A stretch of 63,783 nt of DNA, the filler included, from Reticulomyxa filosa (lineage: Eukaryota > Protista > Foraminifera): the NCBI GenBank assembly GCA_000512085.1. It is 17 parts of 17 records of this genome, joined end to end, with 100 filler letters (N's around TTAATTAATTAA, not from the genome) between each part and the next. Parts side by side here need not be neighbours in the genome. Positions count along the whole stretch, not along the records: positions 42,131 to 43,130 come from ASPP01045236.1; positions 43,231 to 44,587 come from ASPP01020719.1; positions 44,688 to 46,054 come from ASPP01049608.1; positions 46,155 to 48,401 come from ASPP01007618.1; positions 48,502 to 50,017 come from ASPP01020221.1; positions 50,118 to 56,691 come from ASPP01003402.1; 11 more parts are not named here. One strand, written 5' to 3'. Below the pieces are notes generated by a model. The model searched no databases. It was not told where the DNA came from and was given only the letters and a program-made list of their open reading frames with translations. The position numbers and the translations under genes were made by a program. Shown here in pieces: positions 42,241-54,228 of the stretch (positions within the stretch are counted from its first letter, which is position 1; every line of letters starts with the position of its first letter).

Positions 42241-43130
42241 GTGACTCAAGTGAAAAGCGAAAGAAAAATGAACCGGCATCGGAAACCGCAGTTACGACAA
42301 ATCGATGGTACAGGAGAGCGCCGCGTCCAAAAACAGATACCACAATACTTGGTTGGTCGATTTTGGGTTGCCCAAAAAAGACTTGAATTTCAGTGGAGTC
42401 GACGACAATGGAATGCTGGCTTCGATTTCCAAACTCTGAAACCCCGCCAAGGCGGCCATCAGCAAATCTTCCAACACGGTGACGGCAAATGACTCCCACG
42501 TATTTGTATATCCAAAACCAACAATTATATTGCGGATCGTCGACTATCAACGGTACGTCTACAAGCTATGCATCAGGCCAAGCAGATTTGTCGCAATGGA
42601 CCCATCTCGCTATCACAAGGTATTGAATACGACGACAAGGCAGATGCAATCGAAAGAGCGTCGCTCAGTTATCTGCCATTTGACTTGAGTCCTGTCTTAA
42701 AGAAATATCGCGACGAAAGCGAAAAGCGCTTTGATATTCGCGACAGCAGCGGCAAAGACCCAATCAATTACTTGCAAATCGCAAAAGATTTGGCTCCTTT
42801 GTTGGCCCGCATCCCATTTCAAAAATTCCCATTGCCGAGTGCGGAAGTCGGAACATATGTGGACAATGCCGTTCTCCACGTATTTGCCGTATTGATCAAA
42901 CACAATCTCTTAACCAAGACCACCATAAAGATGCTGTCCGAAGGCGAAACAGTAACTGCAACTGAACACAAAAAAGTGTTGATTCCAGAAAGCGTTCAAC
43001 GTGTTTGGAAAACAGCTCAAAAACTTCGAGGATGGCTTGTGCAGAAATTCCAAGCGGAGTTGAGTGCAAAACAGGCGGAAATTACTCGAAAAATGCAAAA
43101 AGAGGACAAGACGGACAATGAAAAGACATC
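42241..43130 (+). repeat. Chimeric partial duplicate of the giant HECT gene
   Basis: 42288-42616 is a diverged copy of the reverse complement of 16657-16973. 42609-43130 matches the reverse complement of 13447-13968 (522 bp) with no difference seen by eye. Confidence 0.93.
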
Positions 43131-43382
43131 NNNNNNNNNNNNNNNNNNNNNNNNNNNNNNNNNNNNNNNNNNNNTTAATTAATTAANNNNNNNNNNNNNN
43201 NNNNNNNNNNNNNNNNNNNNNNNNNNNNNNATTGTTATTGTTATTGTCGTCGTTCGAGTTTGAATGATGACTCGTGTCTGATCCCACTGACATTTTGCGA
43301 GTTGTCTTCGTGTCAAATCCCTCTATGTTTAATAAATAAATAAAAAACAATGTCGAAGAAAACAAAGTTTGAAAAAACTGTT

Positions 43383-44530
43383 TCACACAACACCTGAATC
43401 TGTGAACACAGGCTTGGCAATGCGAAGGAAGGCGACCATATCTTTGACCCAATTGATATTCCACACCGATTGAATGTCCTGAACATGAACAAGGACACGA
43501 ACAAAGGCGTCTCCAGTAGGCGGATTGACTTCAACTTCAGTCCGAATTAATTCGCTCTCTGTGGCAATGTCAGCCGAAGATTCGACTCCCGAGCCGACAG
43601 CACTGCGCAATGGGACCTGTCGACGACAAAGAATAGACGGGAACAGAGAGACGTTATTTGAGCCCGGCTTGAGCTCCAATTCGCGCACAGCGAGTCTCAA
43701 AATGGCAGACTTGGGCTTGATTGCACCTGTGTCTTCACCGACAATTGAAAAGTGGCAATGATGGCATGGTTGTGATCTGTAAGGTTGAGAGACGCTTTGT
43801 TCAAGTGAAGAATCACTTGATGTTGGATGAGATAATGCGGCAATATCAAACGAGACATACTTTCCGTCATATTCATTTGTGATAGCATTTTTTGTTTCTC
43901 TTCTCCGGTCAGTTGATAGTCACTTCCAAACTCTTCCTCCACCAACAAATAGGATTGAGCATAGCTTAACCATTTCGTCAATTTCGACGACTCTTTCATT
44001 CGCTCTTCTTTTTCTTTTTGTTTGGCTTGTTGGATCACTTCTCTTTTTTTCAATGCTTCCCTCAGTTCTGCCATGGCAAAGCATCGGAATATCAATATTT
44101 GATCTATTGCCATTCTTTATGTATTTGAATTTGTGTGCAAGTGTGTTACCGAGGAAATTATATAAACATATACATATATGTATATGTATATATGTATATA
44201 TATATATATATAAATGTACGGAAACCTGTCTTCCAAATCCTGAAGCTCTTGTGCTTCTTCATTGTCCAATTGCGGCATCCAATTGTCATGCTGACTCGGT
44301 CTCATTTTGCGTTGATACAATTCGATATAACGTCGTTTAGTCCTTTGGAAACTGTAAGCGAATACAGCAACCAATGGATTTTCTTTTACTTTGGCGCTCA
44401 CATTCTTTGCTTTTCGCTGCAAGTTGATTATGCTTTGTGCGCAGTATTGCCACCAGCCTTTGGCATTTTCTTTTGGTTTTTCTTCAGGACGCCATTTTTT
44501 TGTGACGAGTAGGACTTGTTCCAGCTATTT
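43383..44530 (-). CDS. VPS13/chorein-like N-terminal region fragment; frame break at ~43720
   Basis: KRRYIELYQRK...ELQDLEDRFP...IDQILIFRCFAMAEL...KWLSY resembles the VPS13 N-terminal region. ORFs 43697-44113 and 43383-43700 join by -1 (QVQIKPKSAILRL). Confidence 0.6.
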
Positions 44531-44824
44531 TTTGCACGAACAAAGTTGATTTAATTTCTTTGGCCATTATTTGTAATAATAATAATANNNNNNNNNNNNN
44601 NNNNNNNNNNNNNNNNNNNNNNNNNNNNNNNTTAATTAATTAANNNNNNNNNNNNNNNNNNNNNNNNNNNNNNNNNNNNNNNNNNNNTTTTTTTTTTTTT
44701 GTAAAGTGTTATTTGCGTGGCTATGTCTATTTTTATATATATGTGTATATACGTGAACCAATGGCACGTCATGGAAAAACGCATAATGTTACGTGGCTTT
44801 ATGTATGCAAAAAAAAATTTAAAA

Positions 44825-45830
44825 AATTCCTTCGGTGAGTCATACCACAGCCGTCACTAATTGCGTCATTATTCGCGTCAACTAATCCGCAATCCAACAA
44901 AAATAACGGAGAGTCAAATGGATATTTTCCAACTATCACCGTACATAATAGCACGCCGATCCTTTGGCAAATGTTGACTTTTTTGTTTGTTTGTTCCTTT
45001 GTTTTTAATAAGTTACCCTTTTTTTTTTTTTTTTTTTTTTGTGTCCACTACGTCAACATTGAACACAATGGAAAACGGAGGTTAATTAAAAAAGGAGAAC
45101 GAATACAATGGAAAACGGAGGTTAATTAAAAAAGGGGAACAGTCAACTGTTGTTGCCCAATATCACATTGACAGTACTGCCCGAATGCTGTACACATGTG
45201 CTGTGACTTGGATCCACCATCAACCAACTTGCCACAATTGACCAGACTTTATATTGTTTTTTCGTTCAGGTTTTTTTGTTTTTAGTTTCGTAAAAATAGA
45301 AAAAAAAGAAGGCAAAATTACTAAACCTAAAAAGAGGGTGTGGAGCATTTGTCAATCTGTTCGGTTGAGCGCGGGAATTAATATAGCAGGATGAATCTAC
45401 GTCTTTTAATTGCACAAAACGAAACAAAGCTCACAACGAAAAACAAAAACGTCCCCGTAAAACGTAAGCAGAAAGCAAACCACTGTCCTGAGAGAACATA
45501 ACAAAGGGCTTTTAACTGTGTCTGAATTTCACTATGGACTCGCCTTTTTGTATCGATTTCTTCAATATAAAAAAAAGTGGTACAGAACATCAACAAAAAT
45601 CAAACTGTAGCTTATTTTATTTTTACAATTACAATTTACTTGCTATTTTCTTCCGAGAACTGAATTTGGTTCATGAGCGCAATTTCTTGTGACAACAATC
45701 TGTTTAAAGATTTTTGTTTGTTGAAGGACAATAAATTTCCCCTTTCTATTGTCCATTCCAGATATGAGCGCAATGTTGAGTGAAGAGACAAAGCTGACAG
45801 CGACAACTGCAAACACAATACTCAGCAAAT
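44825..45830 (-). CDS. Multi-exon fragment, possibly UBC/RWD-like fold
   Basis: The exon at ~44830-44965 reads IGVLLCTVIVGKYPFDSPLFLLD (YPxxxP motif). Other coding-like blocks at ~45143-45250 and ~45650-45830. Confidence 0.3.
45061..45140. repeat. 40-bp tandem duplication
   Basis: gaacacaatggaaaacggaggttaattaaaaaaggagaac / gaatacaatggaaaacggaggttaattaaaaaaggggaac, 2 mismatches. Confidence 0.9.
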
Positions 45831-46344
45831 TACGAGGGCGTCTAGAAAATAAAGTTATATAACAAGTTTAAACACAAAAACGCACAACCCAGGGTTCTAT
45901 TTTGCGTGAAGAAATTTCGCTAGCTGTATTGATCTGAAACGACAGCAACCCCATTTCGGGTATCACAGTATCGAGGAGAAAACAAAAACAAAAAAAAAAA
46001 AAATAAAAATAAAAATTGTTTGGGTATGTGTTTGTATGGGATGAATGCAGAAATNNNNNNNNNNNNNNNNNNNNNNNNNNNNNNNNNNNNNNNNNNNNTT
46101 AATTAATTAANNNNNNNNNNNNNNNNNNNNNNNNNNNNNNNNNNNNNNNNNNNNCTGCCACTATTGCTTGTGTCATCTCTGGTTACTTTTAAATTTATTT
46201 TGTTTTTATTTTTATTTTATTTTTTAAATTAACATCATAACACGGCATAAAAGAAAAAAAAAAAGAAGAAAATGTTCGACAAACCGTTTAAGTTTAAAAA
46301 AAAAAATGAATAGTATAATGATCAACATAAATAATAATGAATCA

Positions 46345-47078
46345 AAACTTTTGGGTTGATTTGCTATCGAAAGGCACACATGGTGCAATCATGGTGACAC
46401 TGTCAACAATAGCTACAATAAATGAAAACACCAAATGTAATATCGCCCCACGCTTTAACTCAGGCTTCTTCATCGTGTACATAAACTCGGAACAACGCCA
46501 AGGAATGTACATTTCTTTTATGGCATGTCCAAGTTTTTCACAATATGGCAAATGATGCTCTTGTGCCAGTTGTGTGTTGTAGTATTGTTCAAATTCGGTC
46601 GTTCGCCACTCATCTCTGTTACATAAATTTTTTTTTTTTTCTTCTTCCGATTTTGAACCCCTCGGGATTCCCCATTTTTTTTTTTTTTTTTTGAAAACAA
46701 AAGAATAACATTTTTTTTTATATCCTCAAAAAATTGAAACTTATTTGCATTAACGAGCCCTTACCGATATGGGTCCTTGTGTTGATCAATGTATCGTACG
46801 TATTCGGCAGGCACATAACCTTCTTTGTTGCTTTTGTTAGTTTTCCCCACATTGCACACGCCCATAGTGTTCACATGGAATATGATACAATGCAATACAA
46901 CACTCAAACCCAAAGCAACAACAAAAAAAAAATCTAATTACTCTCTTCTTGCAAGAGCCCATCCGTTCAAGTCTGGAGAATCGTCAATGATATCAATGAT
47001 ATCTCCTGGTTTTATTGTCAATTGATCTCCATCTTGGGCCTCATATTCGTACAAGACTTGAGCTTGCAATGCTGCCAT
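46345..47078 (-). CDS. N-terminal SH3 domain protein followed by a hydrophobic segment (SH3 exons absent from the ORF track)
   Basis: Spliced: MAALQAQVLYEYEAQDGDQLTIKPGDIIDIIDDSPDLNGWALARRD|NKEGYVPAEYVRYI...|DEWRTTEFEQYY...AILHLVFSFIVAIVDSV. SH3 LYxY, W and GYVPxxYV motifs are present. Confidence 0.85.
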
Positions 47079-47548
47079 TTCTTCAGTGACAAGAGTGGTT
47101 AATTTTCTTTTTTTTTTTTTCCCACAAAAACCGTTGCCCTTGCTGCTCCTGTGGGTCGTTCACCAACAAGCCCTTACGTTGTAATTTTCTTTTTTGTTGA
47201 CAACAAATTGTATTCAGCCTTTTTAGTGCCCTTGCGTATATTTCAAATAGCAAATGCTTCGACAGTGCATCTCTGCATCAAATCAGTGAAAATTTTTAAA
47301 ATCAATCGAGCTGTTGGTAACTCTTCAAATATTTAAAAAAGAGGTGTCACATGGAGTACGACAGTTCTATTATTTTTTTTGTTTTGTAACTTATTTCAAA
47401 GAAACTGGAGAATATTTTGCCAATTTTGTAAAGCAAGTAAAGAATTCTTTTGGTGCGCAGTAAACAGGAGAGAAACAAAAAACATAACTTCTCCCCTTCC
47501 TGGAAAAAAGCGGTGACAAGTGAAGCAAGCCCAAAAGTGTGTTAGAAG

Positions 47549-48401
47549 ATGAGTGGAATGGATTTGTACGAGCTTTTTGTGACTGAGGTCGGACGTGCAC
47601 CAAATACAGCGTTACAATTAATTTCCTTCAGTCGTAATAAAAGCAAGCATGGTGCATTGTCGCCGGAGGAAGCAACGGCGCTGATGGAGCAGCACAGCAG
47701 TGAAATGTACGCAGGGAACAAAAGCAAGAGCAGCAACAAAAGGAACGAAGAAGAACACGAAAGTGAGAGTGTAAGTGACAACGAAAACGAGCAAGACAGA
47801 GGCAAGGATAGATATGACGACGTGGATGAAGACGAAGCAATAGCAGCAGTAGAACAAGAAGAAGAAGAAGAAGAAGAAGACAAAGAAAAAGAAGAAAAAG
47901 ACAGAAACGAAGAGGTGGTAATAAATATAAAAAAAAAAAAAAAAGAGGAGAAAGGAAAGTTCAAATCAGCCAAGAGAACGAACAAAAGCAAATGAAAGAT
48001 TAAAAACAGACGACGAAGAGAACATGTTGGGAATGAAGACTCCAAACAACAGTAACAATCCACATGTGCCATTGAAGTCCTCAACAGCAAATAAAGTCAA
48101 AGACAAAGAAAAAGGAAGGGAAAAGGGGACATTGAACAAAAAAAATAATAATGAGGATAAAAACAGAAACACATCCAAGCCATTGTCATCAACGAGAAAT
48201 ACCGGCAAAAGTGTAAGCACACCGAAAACCCCCAGTGCTACCAAGACTTCAACTCCAAAGTCGACCAAGGCCGTCACCGCGACGACGGCCAAATCGAGGA
48301 AAAACACGGACGCCTTGTTGAATGTGAAGAAAGCATCGGCAACTGGTACCCCTCAAAAGTTGCGTGCGAACGGCAATAATAATAATAATAATAATAATAA
48401 T
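47549..48401 (+). CDS. Low-complexity acidic/Lys-Ser-Thr-rich protein, 5' part
   Basis: ORFs 47549-47995 and 48024 onward, separated by an A-rich intron-like segment. Confidence 0.5.
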
Positions 48402-48569
48402 NNNNNNNNNNNNNNNNNNNNNNNNNNNNNNNNNNNNNNNNNNNNTTAATTAATTAANNNNNNNNNNNNNNNNNNNNNNNNNNNNNNNNNNNNNNNNNNN
48501 NTTTTTTTTTTTTGCTTTCTTTCTTTTTACTATTCTTCTTTTTTTTCCCCCCCCCTCAATGTCACACAA

Positions 48570-48998
48570 GAAAATACGAACCTGATCTGCCATTCACACT
48601 TACAACAAACATTATGGCATATATTGCCAGTTGCACAGCAACGGTAAATGCGTCCCGTCATGGAATGCAGACACACACAACACTCGACTTGGTCTTTGTC
48701 CAAAGTGACTGATAGCACAACGCTTCCGTCTTCCGCACGCTTGTATCCTGCACTCCGCAACTTAATTGTAGAGTGATCTTGCCTCTCGTCCTCGTCACTC
48801 TGCGTGTCTACGTTAGAGTGACTCCCTATCACTCTTTCCGTGTGCTCCTCAGGGTTGTTATCCATGTTGTTGTTTCTGAAACTTAAGATATCGTTCATCG
48901 TTATGTGCTCTCGGTTGCCCATCGGATTACGTTGAATCAAATAACTATTGTTCATTTGCTGTTCTTCACGTCCCAACACTTGACGCAATCTTTGCAAC
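48570..48998 (-). CDS. SINA/Siah-like RING finger protein, 5' part
   Basis: VTLDKDQVECCVCLHSMTGRIYRCCATGNICHNVCCKC matches the SINA-type RING pattern (ECPVC...PI.QC..GH..C..C). Confidence 0.65.
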
Positions 48999-50359
48999 AT
49001 TCTTTTTTTTTTTTTTTGCAATAAACGTTTTCTATTGTAATCACACCCGATCCATCATTGAACATGCAAGTGTACCACAATTGTTAAAGGTGAAAACACC
49101 ATTGTTTTAATTGCGGTTTTTCTTGTTGAAACCAGCAATTTCTTTTTTCAAATAAATTACAAAAAAAAAAGATCTGAAAACAGATTTTGTCAAGACAATG
49201 TATAACAGTTTTTATTTTAAATTCGCAATGTCAGAACCGGATTTTCGTTTGAATCGCAGTCGGTTAGTTTTCCAAAGATCAGAGACGTGAATCGACAATT
49301 TTGAGGTAAATGGTATATTATGAGTTTTGCAAATACAAAAAAAAAAACAACATAAAATTGTCAAATATTATGCACTTGACGAAAACAAAAATTGTTGCTA
49401 ATTAAAAGTTTTATTTTCTTTTGTTTGCTAAATTCTAAAATCTTGTTTTCAAACTTTTTATAGCTTTTTTCCTTTAGAAGGGGTTAATAATAACAAAAAT
49501 TAAGCAACAAAACGCAGTAAATATTTCAACAACTTTTGGATTTGCAATATTGAATTATTAACTTTCAGTTTCTTCGTTCATTTCCTTAAAATTGATCAAG
49601 AGATTTTTCAGCCTAACAAGGACTTGTTTTTGATACTGGAACAAATACTTAAACTTTAAATGAAAAAAGTTGGTTTTTAAATAAAACGAGTAATCGATAT
49701 TGATTACATAGTGAGTTAGATTTACAAGTTTTTTCGAATTAATACTCGGGCTCATTGCCACTCTGTTACCAAGTGTATATAACAAGCAATTGATTAATTA
49801 ATGCTATCATAGTTTGTGATTATTTATTGTTTGTAAGTGATGCGGATGAATTTGCTATCCCTTCAATGAAAAAAAGGATGACGACAAACAAACAGTTTTT
49901 TGTTAATCAAAAAAGGCATTTCCAAAACAACTAAGACAAACCCAAAAAAAAAAGAATTTACAAAAAAAAAAACGTCACTGCATGAGTTTTTTTTTTAACC
50001 TCCCCTCACCTTAAAAANNNNNNNNNNNNNNNNNNNNNNNNNNNNNNNNNNNNNNNNNNNNTTAATTAATTAANNNNNNNNNNNNNNNNNNNNNNNNNNN
50101 NNNNNNNNNNNNNNNNNATGATCTTCCATCTAATTTAGATTCATTCTTCATTTTATATCTCAATCCATTTTTCCAAACACTACATATGACGCTGATATCC
50201 AATAATACTGCATAAGTCACTGAATTGCAATCTAATGACTTGTGTCTCAGTCAATCTCAATAACCACTGACATCCTGCATGTGTTTGATGATTGTCATTC
50301 AACAATCACATTAATCTACTTGTGGTGATCCTTTCCATCAATTTACCGAGACTTAAACG

Positions 50360-50455
50360 GGATATACCTATTGCATGGAAGAAGGCAAACATTGTGCCTG
50401 CTCACAAGCCCGACAGAGATCACAGTTAGTTCAAGAATCACAGACCGATCGGAAA
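50360..50455 (+). mobile_element. Non-LTR (LINE-like) retrotransposon reverse-transcriptase relic
   Basis: Translates IPIAWKKANIVPAHKPDRDHS*FKNHRPI, the PxxWKxAxIVPIxK...NYRPI motif at the start of non-LTR RT domains, with an in-frame stop. Confidence 0.75.
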
Positions 50456-50459
50456 CTCC

Positions 50460-53400
50460 ATCCAAATAGGAATACCAATTGTTCAGTCATTGTTAATATT
50501 ATTTTGTTTCGACTGTTCATTTTGGATGTTTCGTTTGTTCTCGCGCAAAATCGCAATATTAGATACCTGAAAGTTTTCAACTAGTAGAAAAATTTTTCTT
50601 TGTATCTTGTCTTTGTTTCTGTTTTCGTCACAATCTTATTGACGAAAATCGTTGTTAATAATCTAAGAATAGCTTCAAACTTCTTTGCTCCTCTTTCACC
50701 GCCCAGTGCGATTCGCTGAAAATTTTTAAAAGATTTTTCAAAATGTTATATCGTCTAGTTGCTTCTGTCTTCTATCCTTCAAAAAATAACTTTTTGAAAA
50801 AGTTAATATTAATGATTAAAGATTTAAAATGATTTTTTTTTTCTAACATCTAGTTTCTATTATCGATAATTAATGATAAACTGTTTTATAGACAGTTGCA
50901 ATACATTAATGTTCAGAAGCAAGTCTTGGACAAATTACAATTTAGTTCATTATCACAAATATTTTACCATGAAATGATATAAAGTTTCTTCTTCACACAA
51001 CAAATGGGACCAGTATAATCTGATCTTTGTATATTATATAAATAATCGCTCAATCTAACTTTGACTTTAATCAATTGACAAATAATATTGCGTTTACTAA
51101 ATATCAATGAATGCAACATAATATTCTCAAATATACATAAAATATATTGATATTTTATTTGTAAATATACTTATATTCTGACTTTCAAAATTTCCTTTAA
51201 AATTTAATAGACATCGAAATATCTCGATACTTCCAGTCACAATATCTTTCAAAATACAACTTTCAACTAAAAGTTAATATAATGATAAATGTATAAATAT
51301 AATTTTTTTTCATTAGATCTAAATATTTCATATTGATTATATTGACTTTGTTCTATTTAATATATAATATATTCCATATTAAGTTGCTGTATATTTGATT
51401 TTAATTATATTGTTTAATTGCTTTACCATCAATAATTTGTCTATCATTTCTTTGATAGTTCATTTTTTTGTACTTAGTATCAATATTAAACAGCTATATT
51501 ATTATTTACATATTTTTAAAGTTATCATTTATTTCATCTTTGTTTGGTGGAATATATAAATATTGTTATTAATTTGTTTATGAATTATTATTCTAGTCGA
51601 GTTTGTGATTTATTCGATTTATCCAGTTTTATTTTGTTATTGTACACATACTATCACTAAATCTACCGATGATGTTGATATGTAATTACAACATTTGTTA
51701 TATTATTGTTTAAATCTTTGTTTCACATAATCAGAAAAAGTCTTTGCTTTCATCATCATATAATTTTCTAATCGCATAATTTTTTGTTAATTTTAAATTA
51801 GATATCATTTTTATATTTATTCTCTTCCTCAATGTTTCATTTATCCATTGATTGAACGAATTGATTATTATAATCAATATTATTATATATTGTACATTTA
51901 TTTTATGTTTGATGAAATATGTCAAGACTCTTCAATATAATATGTCAGTCATTACTGCAACATGTGCATTAATATTATTATTTGCTTGCATTATCTATTG
52001 CTAATATTTTGTCTTTTATTTTTCAATTTTTGTTATTAGTATTTGTGTCAAATATTCTGTTACTGTATCTATATTATCACATTATAAATACTATTTTCTT
52101 CAAATTTAGCCTACTAATGTTATCCACAACATCACATCATTCAATATTATAAATTTATATATTTAAGTTTTCTAATACATATTCAGTCAAAATCTTTAGT
52201 TAAACTAAATCTTTGTTCAAAGTTCGATCCACAAATTTTATTTCTATTACTGCCATTCTTAAAATTCCACATATGCGAAATCAACTATTTTCTATAATTA
52301 ACTTTTTTAAAAATTACAAATAAATTTTATCGATTTAGTTATTCAACTGCAACAAATATTTTCCATTGATATTCAATTCATTTGATTTCAACAATTTCTT
52401 TGACATTGCCTTAATATCAAGAAAATATATTACAAAAGTGCTAACATCCATTAAACTCATGCTTTGTCGATGTTTGATGATATCGCTTTCAGCAAAATTT
52501 TTCAAATGTTCGTGTAATTGTTCATCGCTCTGGAACATGTTATAACTAACAATCTTCAATACTTTCAAATTTCTATTAATTTCAGCTAATTCATTTGAAT
52601 CGGCTGAACACTTGGAAGAACATTTATATTTTTCATTGGATAGTAGTTTTGTATTGAATCTGTTTATTTAAACACGTGTTACAAATTTATTCGATTTTGC
52701 TTCCACATGCTCACAGTTTTAAAGCCACTTGATATATCATAAATTTCAACTAATTCTCACATTTTCTGAAAGTTAGCACGCTTTCATTATATTAATTCAT
52801 CGAATCGAACTTCATCTGACATATCCATTTCCCTCCTCCATATGACGAACAATCGATGTTCATTGGAGTATCTAGTCAAAACCTCTTCGTCTGATATGTT
52901 TTCTTTGCATGTTTTGAACACAAGAGACCAGCTCTTTTGTTGATTCATTCCTGATATCGTCACAAAATATTCATATTGATGTTCAAATCATTCAAAGTCC
53001 ACGCTGTACTCTTTTGATAGTAGCAGCGACATGTCCTTGACTCACGAATGTGTCTTTGAATCGTTTTTGGAAAATTTGGTGGGCCACCATTTCAGTTTTA
53101 TCTTAGTTGCGTCGAAGTATATCACTTGTTTGAACAATTGTCGACTAATTTGCGTCAATAGTACCAGCATATCCTCAAATGTTTCGTATGTTTTCTCGTG
53201 CAACAGATTGATGAAAGATTACTCCTTTTTAATCTTCTTGTTCACATTGAATGATCAATCTATACACGTTCGCACAACGATCATATTTGCTGTTTTCTTT
53301 CAAGTTGCTCAATATTGCATGTCTTATCACTCGCGACTGTGTAATAGCGATTCTCCAGGGCCACTTTAGATTCGATCTTTTTTTCGATTTCTTTGTTGCC

Positions 53401-53650
53401 TGTCGAAAGCCTTTGCTGCATTGACATATATACATTTACGACACTGACTTCAAGTCACAACTTTGTTTTGCCTGCTTGCAATCCTTTCGTTTTACACCTC
53501 TTCAAATATCCTTCAATTGAATTCAATAAAAATCTCCTAATTTCAAACCCAATATTATTCGATTCATTTCCACTCCAATTGTTTTTGTGTTCGCAGGGAT
53601 ACACTCACTTTTTGTTTTGTATGTCCAAAAAAACTTTATTGTAAATAGTA
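50460..53650 (-). pseudogene. Region of heavily decayed coding remnants
   Basis: AT-rich DNA with short minus-strand peptide-like stretches (e.g. ERGAKKFEAILRLL ~50660-50700; ORFs 52335-52568 and 53229-53435) broken by stops. Confidence 0.3.
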
Positions 53651-54228
53651 TGAAAAAATGAAAAAACTGGTGTTTCTTAATGAGATTCATATGATTATAC
53701 TATTGAGATAAAAATCAATGAATTTTATCTATTTTGACTTAACGATACCAAGCTTAAAAAATTTAGTGATATTCACATAAACTTAAAATATCACCCACGC
53801 AGCATCATTGACAATATCAAAGCAGATAATAATATACCAGAGAAGTTGTAGTTGTCAAATCTGCACTAGATTGCATATTATTGAATTAAGATCGCTCTAG
53901 AACGCAATATCATTTTTGGTTTTTAATTGTTATCCTTTTCATCTACCTATTTTAGCTAAGTGATAAATCAATAACTTTAGTGCGCAATTTTTTTTAATTA
54001 AAATTCTGTATAAACACTGATTCTCTTGAAACTTCTTTATTAGCGGCTTGGTTTTTAAAAAACATAAAATAGCTAAGATTATTCTAATTTGGAGAGAAAC
54101 GTAAAACTGTTGGGACAAGGGGAAAACCAAGGATCTATTGAAGGAAAATGATGAACTCAGGCCAAGATGTTGGGATATACTATTGAATTCTGCAAATGAG
54201 GAGCGGAAATTTGACCAAATCAAAAGCT

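Noticed and set aside
47880-48030. Possible additional -1 break near an intron donor (a similar phase mismatch occurs at ~33700-33850)
   Set aside because: The splice sites are not anchored by homology, so the frame change cannot be established.
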